From: a virus
Direction: 5' to 3' (one strand)
Length of the DNA: 64,000 nt
IMG/VR virus record: IMGVR_UViG_3300012685_000001
Coordinates: 49,468 to 113,467 of that record
Below are positions 27,280 through 37,652 of this stretch, piece by piece. Position 1 is the first letter of the stretch; every line of letters begins with the position of its first letter. Made by a program: the position numbers and the translations under genes. The notes under the pieces were generated by a model that was not told the DNA's origin, did not search any database, and was given only the letters and a program-made list of their open reading frames with translations.

Positions 27280-28770
27280 TTACATATCAGGATCGAATAC
27301 TTCTATGAAATCTTCTGTCTGTACTGGTTCAATGGCTCTTAGTACTGATGTATCCCCCATATTACCGAATATTTTATCCATAATTCCAGGCTGACCATGC
27401 TGCTTGGCATTGATAGTAAGAGAAAAACCCTCTTGTGCCATATCATGACTTGTTTTTGCCAGCTTATTGAATCTGTCTATTTCACTGGAAAGAATAGGAT
27501 CGGCGTGACCACCTTCCATGTCTTCTGCCATCTTCATGAACAGAATACGCTGTAATTGCATCTCAAGAATACTGTCCATCGCTGATTGCATCTGGTCCTT
27601 GGTACGCAAGGTAATGGGAATATCATACGCGCAGTTGGAATTTTCTTCAACCATAGGACACTTGGAAGCAAGGAAACAAGTGTCACAGATACGCATGCTC
27701 TCACTACGGATCTTCAGAGTAGGAACATCTGTCTCCTCTATCTGACCTGTATCTTTGTTACGTCTCTTGTCCTTGATGAAGTCAAAATCAATAAGTGGAA
27801 TTACTTGCTTTTCACTAGGATCTCTACGATTCAGAGTTGATAGTGTCTTCCTTACCGGCTCAATGACACCATCAACTGAAGCATCATAGTTTTCCTCAAT
27901 AGCCTCTTCAGGCGAATTCATGGATGTAGTTACTCCTGTACCTTTTTTAGTGTTAATTGACTCAACAAACTGTGACCAGGACCACAAAGAGAGACGTAAT
28001 AGCTCCTTAGGATCATCCTTCAGAATCTTCTCCATATCAAAACCAGCAGCTTCGATAACGAATCTTTCCTTACGTCTTGCCTGTTCCTTCTGATCCTTCG
28101 AATAACTCTTTAAATGATTATGTGACCATACGAAAGTAGAACCGAATTTCTGTGGAGAAACCCAGGAAGTAGAAGAAACAGAAGTCCAGTTGACCACCTG
28201 CATGATGTCCTGCTTGGTCATGGCTAATCCGTGAAGTTCAATCCCCCGTGACACCATTCTATTGAGCACAAGGACGAGGTCTCTTCCGTTAAGAGAAGTC
28301 TGAGCAATTCCGATCTTTCCGAATCGTTCTCCCAGTTCAAGTAGAGATTCCATTCCGTCACTCTGGGAGTTTCCGGTTGGATGCCAAACTGGTACGAACT
28401 TGTCAAACATGACATCGCGTAGGGAATCTCGTATTTCCTCAAGGTATCCCATACCGAGTTGTAGAGCATCGAATTCTGTATAGATTTCGATTTCGTTGAT
28501 ATTCTCAGCCACCCACCCATAATAATGCTCCGCTATCTCCTTGAGTTCTTCGTTTGAATACTTCTGTTCTTTTGCCGAATTGAGAACTTGACAACCTGAA
28601 TCCACAAATAATGAATGTTCTGAAGGAAAATACTTACTGACATTCCATGGATTATTGAAGTTGGTTCTCTTGCGTAATCCTAAATAAGACAGGGAACTCC
28701 AAGGAGTTCCCGTCTCTTTTATTAAATTCCTATATGTTGGAAGGTGTGAACCACCGAAAAATAGCTTAAT
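27280..28770 (-). CDS. TGT/transglycosylase-like TIM-barrel protein with C-terminal Cys cluster; probable AUU start
   Basis: Frame open 55 codons upstream of GTG 28605 (IKLFFGG..LFVDSG); 'VPVWH', 'LHGLAMT', 'SVSSTSW' motifs; CDTC..CP..C. Confidence 0.55.
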   Translation of the reverse strand: MKLFFGGSHLPTYRNLIKETGTPWSSLSYLGLRKRTNFNNPWNVSKYFPSEHSLFVDSGCQVLNSAKEQKYSNEELKEIAEHYYGWVAENINEIEIYTEFDALQLGMGYLEEIRDSLRDVMFDKFVPVWHPTGNSQSDGMESLLELGERFGKIGIAQTSLNGRDLVLVLNRMVSRGIELHGLAMTKQDIMQVVNWTSVSSTSWVSPQKFGSTFVWSHNHLKSYSKDQKEQARRKERFVIEAAGFDMEKILKDDPKELLRLSLWSWSQFVESINTKKGTGVTTSMNSPEEAIEENYDASVDGVIEPVRKTLSTLNRRDPSEKQVIPLIDFDFIKDKRRNKDTGQIEETDVPTLKIRSESMRICDTCFLASKCPMVEENSNCAYDIPITLRTKDQMQSAMDSILEMQLQRILFMKMAEDMEGGHADPILSSEIDRFNKLAKTSHDMAQEGFSLTINAKQHGQPGIMDKIFGNMGDTSVLRAIEPVQTEDFIEVFDPDM

Positions 28771-29722
28771 TGCCCGTTCCTCTCTTAGCTCTTACTTGTG
28801 CCTGCTTTCCCATAGCCCACGATTCCAGCTGAGATCCTCTCGCAGCAATTCCTCCTGGCTTGGCATTACGTGAACCAGTCGTAAACGTATTGGGCTTTGG
28901 CTGATTTGCTGTCAGAGTAGGAAGAGGAGTAGTGGAGGAACCAGCAGGATGCTCATGATCAGAGAACTGAGAGCTTGTCAGAGAGCCTGCGACAGGACTA
29001 GGGGCACTTGGAGTACTTCCATGACTAAAAGTGGCTCCAGGAATCCCTGAAGGCCCTTGCTGAGGCTTCTGTGGTGACAACTGATGGGAAAAAGTAGACG
29101 CTGTAAGAGACAAAGCCTTGATAGGTGTATGTGTAGGAGTAGGACTTGAGAATCCAGGAGTAAGTTTAGGTGCTGCTGGTGTAGTCACTGATCCCTTTCC
29201 TTTCTGCTTGTCCATCTGCTTCTGCTGTTGAATAGCTTGTCCATGAGCATAGTTTGTCTGGCTCTGCTTGGTCTTGAACTGTGCAGCCTGAAACGTAAGA
29301 GCCTGTCCATGAGCAAAATTCATCTGCTGCTGCATAGTCTTTGTGTTTGCGGCTGTAGCCTTTGCCTGTGTCTTCTGTTGTGGAGTTGTTCCCATGGCAA
29401 AAGTACGTGGTGCTTCTCCAGAAGCTGGTGCTACTCTACCAGACTTGACACCAGCGGCATGAGTCTTTGCTGCTGTAGCTGCTTGCTTGGCTTGTGTCTG
29501 CTGATTCTTCACAAAAGCAGCACGGCCTTTGTTGACTGCTTGAGCAGCACTGTTGGCATAGGCATTTCTGTTTGCCTCAGCAGTCTTTACACCAGACTGA
29601 TGCTGAGCAGATAATTGTCTGCTCTTCATATTGAGATTCTTTTGAGCACCAGCAAAGATATTATGAGTGAACTGTCCACCCAGATTATTAATGGCTCCCG
29701 TATCCGGAATATTTGCGGGCAT
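28766..29722 (-). CDS. low-complexity Q/A/P/S/T-rich basic protein
   Basis: 318 aa, disordered composition, internal repeat 'N(F/Y)AHGQA'. Confidence 0.75.
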   Translation of the reverse strand: MPANIPDTGAINNLGGQFTHNIFAGAQKNLNMKSRQLSAQHQSGVKTAEANRNAYANSAAQAVNKGRAAFVKNQQTQAKQAATAAKTHAAGVKSGRVAPASGEAPRTFAMGTTPQQKTQAKATAANTKTMQQQMNFAHGQALTFQAAQFKTKQSQTNYAHGQAIQQQKQMDKQKGKGSVTTPAAPKLTPGFSSPTPTHTPIKALSLTASTFSHQLSPQKPQQGPSGIPGATFSHGSTPSAPSPVAGSLTSSQFSDHEHPAGSSTTPLPTLTANQPKPNTFTTGSRNAKPGGIAARGSQLESWAMGKQAQVRAKRGTGN

Positions 29723-29731
29723 CTTGTTTCC

Positions 29732-30229
29732 TTAGAAGTCTAGAAGGCGGGTATCTGTAGCTCTGGCCTCTTGTTGTCTTATCTTCTCTGCCAGCAGGTT
29801 GTTCCAGGGTGTTGGTTCGTCCTTTCTTCCTGGACGAAAATCAGGATGTGTGTATTGCGGATGTAGAAAGAGCATGGTAGGAATCTGCGCCTGAAGAAGT
29901 CTTGTAGCTGCTTCAGTATCCGATTCATACACAAGGGCCAACGCACCTTGCTTTCTCAAACGTGTTATCTGGGCTAGTCTTCTTGTAGCTGTATCCTCTG
30001 AATCAGTATTCTCCCAATAAATCTCATTGACATGATCAGTAAGAGAATTCATGAGAAGCCAGTACTGCACTTTTTCTTTTGCTCCACTGTCAATAATAAG
30101 AGAAACTCGATGATCTTTCACCAATGATTTATAGATAAGAAGTCCAGGAATGATGACAGAAGAATCGTTTGGCTGTCGTAGTATTCCATTGACTACTATT
30201 GCTACGTGGTTTCCCCATGCATCACCCAT
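29732..30229 (-). CDS. degenerate HAD-fold protein
   Basis: 'VAIVVNGIL', 'LVYESD..A..LL...IPTMLF' resemble HAD core without catalytic Asp. Confidence 0.5.
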   Translation of the reverse strand: MGDAWGNHVAIVVNGILRQPNDSSVIIPGLLIYKSLVKDHRVSLIIDSGAKEKVQYWLLMNSLTDHVNEIYWENTDSEDTATRRLAQITRLRKQGALALVYESDTEAATRLLQAQIPTMLFLHPQYTHPDFRPGRKDEPTPWNNLLAEKIRQQEARATDTRLLDF

Positions 30230-31102
30230 TTAATTCTCCTGATTAATTATCTCATTCAATGCGTTGACTACTCCGTTGGCCTTTGCTGCCTGCCATTGAA
30301 AGTTATAGAAATCCCCATAACCTTCTCCTTGAGAAGAGAACGCAGTCTTTCTCCCCAGATGAAGACTGTCGAAAAGATTTCTAGCCTCTCCTCGTACCAA
30401 AGTCTTATGGCGACTGTTATTAACATCTTGTGCACTTCCCGGTATGTTCATAGAGCCCTCTGCACTGAGACTGTTGTATCGTGCAACCAAAGCAGACGCA
30501 ACTTCCTTACTGGCCTCTGCTTGTTCATAATACTCTGAGGGGTACAGTTGTCCAGGATTGTCAGGAAGCTTGGGAGGCTTTGTTGTCCATTCATCCTTTG
30601 TCAGGTTATACGCAGCATAGGGACGGATGTTGGTAATGGAATCTGGAGTAGCTTCCACATGGTCATTAAGGAAGAATGTCAGTTCATACCACTGAGCAAC
30701 CCAGTCGGGTGCACCAGCCAGAGGATAGTTTCCTGTCATAGGCCATAGATTGGTACGCAGATCCTCAGTAATATGCTGAGCTATCTCAGATCTGTCCATC
30801 CACTGAAATTCAGGATTCTGGGTTACGAACTCTGAGTAATCGAGCCCGAATAGTACATCGAGATCACCGTTTCCGCGATTTGCAGACCACTGGAAAGAGA
30901 TTCCGCTACCTGCCAGCCAAACCATAGTCCATAACTCAGGCTTAGAATACCTGCTGCCAAGATAGTCCATAAGAATATGAAGGATAGTCTCTCGTACATA
31001 GGGATAAATATGCTCATTGTCTTCGAAGAGATGGGGGTCAAGTATATTGGAGGGCTTGCTGAAATAACTGCTCGCTCCTGTATTAATTCTTATATCATTC
31101 AT
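30230..31102 (-). CDS. Pol-beta-family nucleotidyltransferase
   Basis: 'WLAGSG.S..W....GDLDVL' hG[GS]..DxD motif; 'YELTFF'. Confidence 0.75.
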   Translation of the reverse strand: MNDIRINTGASSYFSKPSNILDPHLFEDNEHIYPYVRETILHILMDYLGSRYSKPELWTMVWLAGSGISFQWSANRGNGDLDVLFGLDYSEFVTQNPEFQWMDRSEIAQHITEDLRTNLWPMTGNYPLAGAPDWVAQWYELTFFLNDHVEATPDSITNIRPYAAYNLTKDEWTTKPPKLPDNPGQLYPSEYYEQAEASKEVASALVARYNSLSAEGSMNIPGSAQDVNNSRHKTLVRGEARNLFDSLHLGRKTAFSSQGEGYGDFYNFQWQAAKANGVVNALNEIINQEN

Positions 31103-31127
31103 AAATTCTATCCTACCTTATAAAGAT

Positions 31128-31162
31128 AAAAGAGGGAACCCTTAGGGTTCCCTCTCTATTTT
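31128..31162. terminator. terminator after lysin
   Basis: AGAGGGAACCCT/AGGGTTCCCTCT with A/T flanks. Confidence 0.7.
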
Positions 31163-31169
31163 ACTAGTA

Positions 31170-32033
31170 TTAAGCAATCTTAGCTGCAATAGCCTTTACA
31201 ACTGCATCTGCCAAAGCATTTACATCTACAGTAGGTGTAGAAACCGCTGCTACTGCTGTCTGTAACTTACGAACCTTGTCGTTGGTGTCCTTGATGTAGG
31301 ACTGTAGTGCCCAGTACTTATTGGTAGCGAAATCAGGAGCTGAAGAAGGAGCCCCAATAACTCCGTCAAGTTCAAGAACCTTCTTTGCGATTGCGGTAAT
31401 TTCTGCATCTGTTAGTGCCACGTCTGCTCCTGTTGTCTTATCAAATGATAGTGCCCATGTCTTCAATGCCGCTCTGCTGGTAAATGTACTGTAATCACGG
31501 TCAGTACTCCCAGCAGTAGAATATTGATGGAATGTCCATTGAGCTGTAATTCCTGGATCTCCCGCTGATTTTGCAGCAGTGGCAATCCAAAGGAAATCAC
31601 CAAAGTAACCTGTGGTATCCACACTCTTCCAGTAATCAGTATTACAGTACATTCCTACTGGACTATTAGGAAGTTTATTCTTTAAATATCTGAGAGAAGC
31701 TTCTTTGTAAGCCTTCTGTACAGACTTTGAAACCCCACTGTTGTTCGAGTCATATCCCTCCCAGTCAAGTACTACCATTTCCCCAGACTTGGGAGTCACT
31801 TTGGAAAGAAAGTAGTCAGCTTCTTCCTTAGGACTGTTGGCCATATGAGGATATAGATAGAAACCAGTAACCAGACCTGCATTCTTAGCTGTAGTGTACT
31901 GAGACTTCCAGCGGGGACTTTCATAACTCAGTCCCTCCGTTACCTTGAGAAATACAAAATCAATTCCCGAAGTAGAAGGAGATGCTGACTGATATCCTGA
32001 CCAGTCCTGTCCTAAAATTCCTGTCATTGTCAC
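31170..32033 (-). CDS. endolysin, GH25 muramidase
   Basis: 'GQDWSGYQ', 'FLKVTEG', 'VLDWE', 'WTFHQY..DRD'. Confidence 0.92.
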   Translation of the reverse strand: MTMTGILGQDWSGYQSASPSTSGIDFVFLKVTEGLSYESPRWKSQYTTAKNAGLVTGFYLYPHMANSPKEEADYFLSKVTPKSGEMVVLDWEGYDSNNSGVSKSVQKAYKEASLRYLKNKLPNSPVGMYCNTDYWKSVDTTGYFGDFLWIATAAKSAGDPGITAQWTFHQYSTAGSTDRDYSTFTSRAALKTWALSFDKTTGADVALTDAEITAIAKKVLELDGVIGAPSSAPDFATNKYWALQSYIKDTNDKVRKLQTAVAAVSTPTVDVNALADAVVKAIAAKIA

Positions 32034-32383
32034 ACTCTCAGTTTATGAGGATCAATAAGGGAAGAAACTCTCTTCGCCTCTTGTTGCTGCATCATCTGTT
32101 GCTGCATCATAGCTGCTCTCTGCTCCCACATAATAACTGTGGAAATAGCTACTTGCTGTGTCTGACAGCCAACCTTGACGTTCTCACAACCACCAATAAT
32201 GTCATCCACTGTTGCTGCTCTCACCATGGACAGATCCTTGTCAGCAAAATCTGCGTAGGCAATCCATTGTCCATCAGTGTTCAGAGTGATAAGGAAAGCT
32301 GTTGTTACTTCTTCTGGTCCCTTGTCATCTGCCAATAGTTCAGCAGCCTTCTGCTTCTGTAGTTCTTCTAAATCAATTGTCAT
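32030..32383 (-). CDS. hypothetical protein
   Basis: Q/M-rich C-terminus; overlapping operon. Confidence 0.7.
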   Translation of the reverse strand: MTIDLEELQKQKAAELLADDKGPEEVTTAFLITLNTDGQWIAYADFADKDLSMVRAATVDDIIGGCENVKVGCQTQQVAISTVIMWEQRAAMMQQQMMQQQEAKRVSSLIDPHKLRV

Positions 32384-32609
32384 TCTTAGTATTCCTTAGT
32401 GCAGATCCTATTGACTGAATGTCATTAACTAACTGATATAAATCAGACATAAGTGAACTGTCCATTCCTACTTTGGCCATAATTTTTTCAGTACCGTTTC
32501 TTGCTTCTTCTATGTACCACTCTACTGTGCGAGGAGTAAAAGGATTATCACGAATATAAAAGTCCATTACTTTCTCAACTCCATTTTGACGGATTGGTGG
32601 TATGGACAA
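32373..32609 (-). CDS. hypothetical protein
   Basis: Operon ORF. Confidence 0.55.
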   Translation of the reverse strand: MSIPPIRQNGVEKVMDFYIRDNPFTPRTVEWYIEEARNGTEKIMAKVGMDSSLMSDLYQLVNDIQSIGSALRNTKNDN

Positions 32610-33130
32610 TATTCACAGATGAAACTCTTCTTGATCTTCGACTCATCATAGGTAGGAAGTCCAGCAATTTTTCTTTCGCGAGAAGTATTGGGTTTGATCT
32701 CCATATGAGAATCCAGATAGTCAGTACACTTTGGCTGGGTATTCGATTTGAAGGCTGGTCTGTTGTGTCTCTGCCAGCATTCCATGGCGTCAGCCCTGAA
32801 AGTATTCTGCACATCATAGAATTCCTGATCGAAACCAGTTCTTCCGTTACTCTCAAGAATCTTCTTAGTAATATCCTTACGGTACTCGGGATCTTTCCAG
32901 TGTCTTGTAGGAACAAATCCCAGCATGCTCCACTCCAGTACACTGCGATCCTCAAAAGACGGATGTCTGCGTAGATGGGCCTCAATTATATGACCTATTC
33001 TGGGGTCATTATCCGCTTCATCAGGATTATAATCCGGAAGCTCCTCAATAACTTTACAAGGATGACAGACAATCAGACCAGTCAAATGTACATCTCCACG
33101 GTTATTGGGATCAAAACCGTCATTCGCCAT
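32567..33130 (-). CDS. hypothetical Zn-binding protein
   Basis: CHPC..H...H; CW..H..C..CEYCP. Confidence 0.75.
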   Translation of the reverse strand: MANDGFDPNNRGDVHLTGLIVCHPCKVIEELPDYNPDEADNDPRIGHIIEAHLRRHPSFEDRSVLEWSMLGFVPTRHWKDPEYRKDITKKILESNGRTGFDQEFYDVQNTFRADAMECWQRHNRPAFKSNTQPKCTDYLDSHMEIKPNTSRERKIAGLPTYDESKIKKSFICEYCPYHQSVKMELRK

Positions 33131-33178
33131 TTATTGTTCCTTTTGTATTGCGTTTATTAGACCACTTCATGGTAACAG

Positions 33179-33228
33179 AAAAGGGCCTTTCCTTCAAGCT
33201 ACCTAAAGTAACTGAAGGAAAGGCCCTT
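33179..33228 (-). terminator. terminator after rpf
   Basis: AAGGGCCTTTCCTTCA..TGAAGGAAAGGCCCTT. Confidence 0.7.
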
Positions 33229-33232
33229 ACTA

Positions 33233-34322
<1,090 letters not shown>

Positions 34323-34398
34323 GTTGGACCAATCTATAGACAATAAGGACTGTTGTGAAACCGTTTCTAATGTCCCGATCCCGTAACAACAAGATGAA

Positions 34399-34427
34399 AT
34401 ACTACAGCCCCTGACTGACGCTGTCAA
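34399..34427 (-). promoter_or_regulatory. sigma70-type promoter for the nlpC-rpf pair
   Basis: TTGACA-N17-TAGTAT, overlapping a terminator-like hairpin at 34404-34439. Confidence 0.7.
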
Positions 34428-34460
34428 CTCAGGGGCTGTGTTACATGCTATAAAAAAGTA

Positions 34461-34736
34461 CTACCAGGACTCTCCAAGTACAGAAGAATCTTCGAGTGTT
34501 TCAAACTTATTAGGTATGAATGACGGATTGGGAACATATGTATTACGTCCCGGAACTTCATTCATTCTAGCCTCTCCATAGCCGTAGTACAACAGGCTGA
34601 GAGACTTGCGTGTGTCGTAAGTAGCTTCTGTGTTCATGCTACTTGCTGATGAATTGGGACGCAACTTCTTGTATTTGCCGTCTGTCGCACCCTCAACCAG
34701 ATCATCATTCATGGAACGTAGTGGTGGATATGCCAT
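34461..34736 (-). CDS. hypothetical protein
   Basis: Coupled stop/start. Confidence 0.65.
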   Translation of the reverse strand: MAYPPLRSMNDDLVEGATDGKYKKLRPNSSASSMNTEATYDTRKSLSLLYYGYGEARMNEVPGRNTYVPNPSFIPNKFETLEDSSVLGESW

Positions 34737-34924
34737 TATTGAGCCTTTCTTGGTCTTCCAGCCTTGCCCTTGACCACAGGAGTGACCTTGGGAGCCTTAT
34801 ACGCAGCAGCTGAAGGTGCTGTTACTTTAGTAGGATTCTTTGCTGTGCCAGTAACTCTCTTGTCCGTAGCACGTCTAGGGGCAGCCTTCTTTCTGGCCGC
34901 CGCTTTCTTTATAGGTTCTGCCAT
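34736..34924 (-). CDS. small histone-H1-like basic protein with AT-hook
   Basis: K/A/P/R-rich, 'KKAAARKKAAPRR', C-terminal GRPRK. Confidence 0.7.
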   Translation of the reverse strand: MAEPIKKAAARKKAAPRRATDKRVTGTAKNPTKVTAPSAAAYKAPKVTPVVKGKAGRPRKAQ

Positions 34925-34933
34925 ATTAATTCC

Positions 34934-35293
34934 TTATAGTTGAGGAACAGAAGGGAAGGACGTCCCACTGAATCCGCCCTCAGTACCTGAGAAGTCACCG
35001 AATTGGGCAGAGAAACTATCATCTATTGTCAATATATCCAGAATTCCAGGAGTTTCCGTTCTATAACCAAAACGATTAGGAATCTTACCAATATTAGGAA
35101 TAGGCGGACGTAAGTTAGCGGCATCCGAAAAAGCATTAGCTACTAACTTAGCTGATACAAGTTGTTCTGCAAAAGACTGGGAAGGACGCTGAAAGTTATA
35201 TACCGAATCATCCTGGTATTCACGCTTTGAAGCGTCGTAGTTCTGATTCTGCTTCTCCACTATACGCTTCTCCCACTTCCAGATGCTGACCAA
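34934..35293 (-). CDS. hypothetical protein
   Basis: Operon ORF. Confidence 0.65.
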   Translation of the reverse strand: MVSIWKWEKRIVEKQNQNYDASKREYQDDSVYNFQRPSQSFAEQLVSAKLVANAFSDAANLRPPIPNIGKIPNRFGYRTETPGILDILTIDDSFSAQFGDFSGTEGGFSGTSFPSVPQL

Positions 35294-35826
35294 CCAGGTA
35301 AGTTCACTGAACTATGGAACTTTCTTATGTTCGGATCAATATTTCCGGCTACCTGCGGATCATAGGCAATATTCAATTCCTGAGCCAGCTTCTTAGCAGC
35401 TTCATTTGTCATGAACTTACCACCGTGAGCCAGTCTTTCAATAGGATTACCTTCAGCAGAATATCTTTTCTTATCCCCAGTCATTCTTCTTTCCAATGAA
35501 GAATAAGGAGTTAAGTCATCTGGCCAGAAATAAGATTCAGCGCCGATTACTGATCCTTTGTGTACTCCTCGGGTATAGCTTCTTGCGTTATTACGAACAG
35601 TCTGAAGAAGCTTGTCCTGACGTCTGTCAATGACGGAACCGAGATAACCATCAGGATATTGTGCTTCTGGAGTTTTACCTGTAGCCGCCGCAATACGTGC
35701 GTCAAGAATGGAACGGAATCCTGATATAGGAGTTCCGCCACCTCCACCGTACTGAGTTACAGAGCCTTGCTGGCCTATTTGAGGGTTATAGGAAACATTG
35801 TTCATTCCGGCTACTGAACTAGGCAT
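35260..35826 (-). CDS. hypothetical protein
   Basis: 'TP.A.YPDGYLGS..DRR.DKLL..RSY.RGVHKG..Y.WP'. Confidence 0.75.
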   Translation of the reverse strand: MPSSVAGMNNVSYNPQIGQQGSVTQYGGGGGTPISGFRSILDARIAAATGKTPEAQYPDGYLGSVIDRRQDKLLQTVRNNARSYTRGVHKGSVIGAESYFWPDDLTPYSSLERRMTGDKKRYSAEGNPIERLAHGGKFMTNEAAKKLAQELNIAYDPQVAGNIDPNIRKFHSSVNLPGWSASGSGRSV

Positions 35827-36160
35827 CGTCTTCCTCCAATGGTATATCCAGCTTTGCTGAAATTTTTTCCAACATTCTTTCTGATTTCAGATCTGATGCC
35901 AGATCCATTTCAAATTTCAGTCTGTCCTTGTCCGACTGTCTATTCTGTGAGAACAGAATAATTGGAGCAGCATAAGATGCCTGCAATGACAGAAGCAGCG
36001 TCATGAAGATAAATGGGTAGTTATCGAATCTGAGATTATGCGGAGCGAAGATATTCCAGAGGAACCAGGCGACTACAAATACTGTCATTCCAGCTATGAA
36101 TTTAATTGATCCGAAGAATGCCGCAAATCTGTCGAAATAATCAGTTATTTTGTCGCTCAT
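35819..36160 (-). CDS. DUF1003 membrane protein
   Basis: 'FD.YPFI...L.LSLQASYAAPIIL.SQNRQ..KDR'. Confidence 0.9.
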   Translation of the reverse strand: MSDKITDYFDRFAAFFGSIKFIAGMTVFVVAWFLWNIFAPHNLRFDNYPFIFMTLLLSLQASYAAPIILFSQNRQSDKDRLKFEMDLASDLKSERMLEKISAKLDIPLEEDDA

Positions 36161-36169
36161 GGTTTCTCC

Positions 36170-36493
36170 TTAAAATGCGCTGCGGCCGTACTTCGCCTTT
36201 GAACGGAACTGATCTGTCCATGAACTACGAGAAGGCATCATCAGTACATGACGTTCACTCATAGAAGCCTCAGCAGCGTTCTGAGCGTACAGAGTAGCTG
36301 TCGGGTGGCATGTTGCCCCCATCTTCTCGAAAGAGGCTCTACGATGCCCTGTAGCCCCATCAAGAGCATTGCCCTGCTTCCCACCTCCACCTCTTGGACG
36401 CATGTTACCACGCTCAGCCTTGCCTACACGGGTAAGTTGCGCAGCGGAAGTTCCCATTGTAGAACGGCTTCCTGTTCCAATTTCTTCTGACAT
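36170..36493 (-). CDS. hypothetical G/S/R-rich protein
   Basis: AAGGAG RBS. Confidence 0.7.
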   Translation of the reverse strand: MSEEIGTGSRSTMGTSAAQLTRVGKAERGNMRPRGGGGKQGNALDGATGHRRASFEKMGATCHPTATLYAQNAAEASMSERHVLMMPSRSSWTDQFRSKAKYGRSAF

Positions 36494-36505
36494 AATTTCT
36501 CCTTG

Positions 36506-36730
36506 TTAAGAACGGTAATAGCTCAAGGCTCTGTTTTGCTGATAAGTCGTAGCACTCATACCATTGGGATTTCCCTCAAGAGGTGAAAGTACCGAAGAAG
36601 GTGAATAACTCTTGGGAGCCATCTGCTGAACTGAATGCGTAGATCCCTGACCTGTCAGTCCTGTAGCTCCTGAGGAGAATTCAGCAGTTCTTGATTGCGG
36701 AAAACTATTGTCCGCTGGTTGTGCTGGCAT
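36506..36730 (-). CDS. hypothetical low-complexity protein
   Basis: AAGGAG RBS. Confidence 0.65.
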   Translation of the reverse strand: MPAQPADNSFPQSRTAEFSSGATGLTGQGSTHSVQQMAPKSYSPSSVLSPLEGNPNGMSATTYQQNRALSYYRS

Positions 36731-36743
36731 CCTGACTCCTTTA

Positions 36744-37028
36744 TTACGAAACTATAATCTTGAAAATAAGTGCGCTTATCTTTTCGCCATCGTCCATAGT
36801 TACTGTAGCAAAACCAGGGCGGCAGGAAAGTACCTGTCCTCTGGGACCTACATACGATTGAGCGATGGCTACAGCCTTCATGGACTGATTAACAGCAGCA
36901 GCACCAATAGCTCTCAGAGTTATATCATTGTGGGCATACACATTATTTGCAATAGCTGCTGCAAGAGATGCTGCGGAAGAGGCAGACTTCACTTTGAGAA
37001 GTACCTCGTTATTCGTATTTTCTACCAT
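36744..37028 (-). CDS. spoVS: stage V sporulation protein S homolog
   Basis: 'LKV.S.S...SLA.AIA....LRAIGA.AVNQ..KAVAIA..Y..P.G..L.C.P.F....D.....SA..F'. Confidence 0.88.
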   Translation of the reverse strand: MVENTNNEVLLKVKSASSAASLAAAIANNVYAHNDITLRAIGAAAVNQSMKAVAIAQSYVGPRGQVLSCRPGFATVTMDDGEKISALIFKIIVS

Positions 37029-37073
37029 ATTTTTCTCCAGATTTAATTCATGTCTTTATTCGATTATACAGAC

Positions 37074-37109
37074 AAAAAGACCCCGACACCTGATAGATGC
37101 CGGGGTCTT
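37074..37109 (-). terminator. intrinsic terminator
   Basis: AAGACCCCG..CGGGGTCTT, T-tract on - strand. Confidence 0.7.
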
Positions 37110-37157
37110 ACAGAAAGGAGATATTGAAAGGAAGGAGGAATCTCTAAGAAGAGTATA

Positions 37158-37652
37158 TCACACTGGTTTATTCATTAAAAATAGTGCAATTCCCATAGCA
37201 TCTGCTAAATTATGATCTGTGATTTCAGGGTCCAGCTTTTGTATTGCTTCGACCATAGCTTGCTTGCTTGCTTTGCCGGTCCCGGCAATGAAGCTCTTGA
37301 GAGTTGTCGGAGCAATACTGGTGGGGGTACTTCTAAATACAAGGTATGATGCAAGTTTGACAATTCCTCCGAGTTCTCCGAGTTTTTCTCTGTTGAGTTT
37401 TGCTCCGTAGGCATAGCCTTCCATTCCAATGTAAATAGCCGATGTGTCGTGTCCGTAAATAGAGAAGAACATAAGTAAATCATCATAGATCTTTACCAGA
37501 CGTTCTCCTTCATCCTTGAATTTGTTCAAAGGGTATTTCAACAAGCTTTTCTGGCGGCAATGACCAGTCTCATCTAATACCACAAGCCCAAAGCCTGTAT
37601 AGGATTGATCGATCCCTATATACAAAGCTTCGGGCCTAGGTAGTTCACTCAC
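37158..37652 (-). CDS. ruvC: RuvC-like Holliday junction resolvase
   Basis: 'IGIDQS.TG.G', 'MEGY', 'LGELGG', 'P.TLK.F..G.GKASK', 'NLADA'. Confidence 0.85.
   Translation of the reverse strand: MSELPRPEALYIGIDQSYTGFGLVVLDETGHCRQKSLLKYPLNKFKDEGERLVKIYDDLLMFFSIYGHDTSAIYIGMEGYAYGAKLNREKLGELGGIVKLASYLVFRSTPTSIAPTTLKSFIAGTGKASKQAMVEAIQKLDPEITDHNLADAMGIALFLMNKPV

Noticed and set aside
34323-34400. c-di-AMP (ydaO) riboswitch upstream of nlpC-rpf
   Set aside because: Leader is only ~70 nt and lacks the conserved motifs
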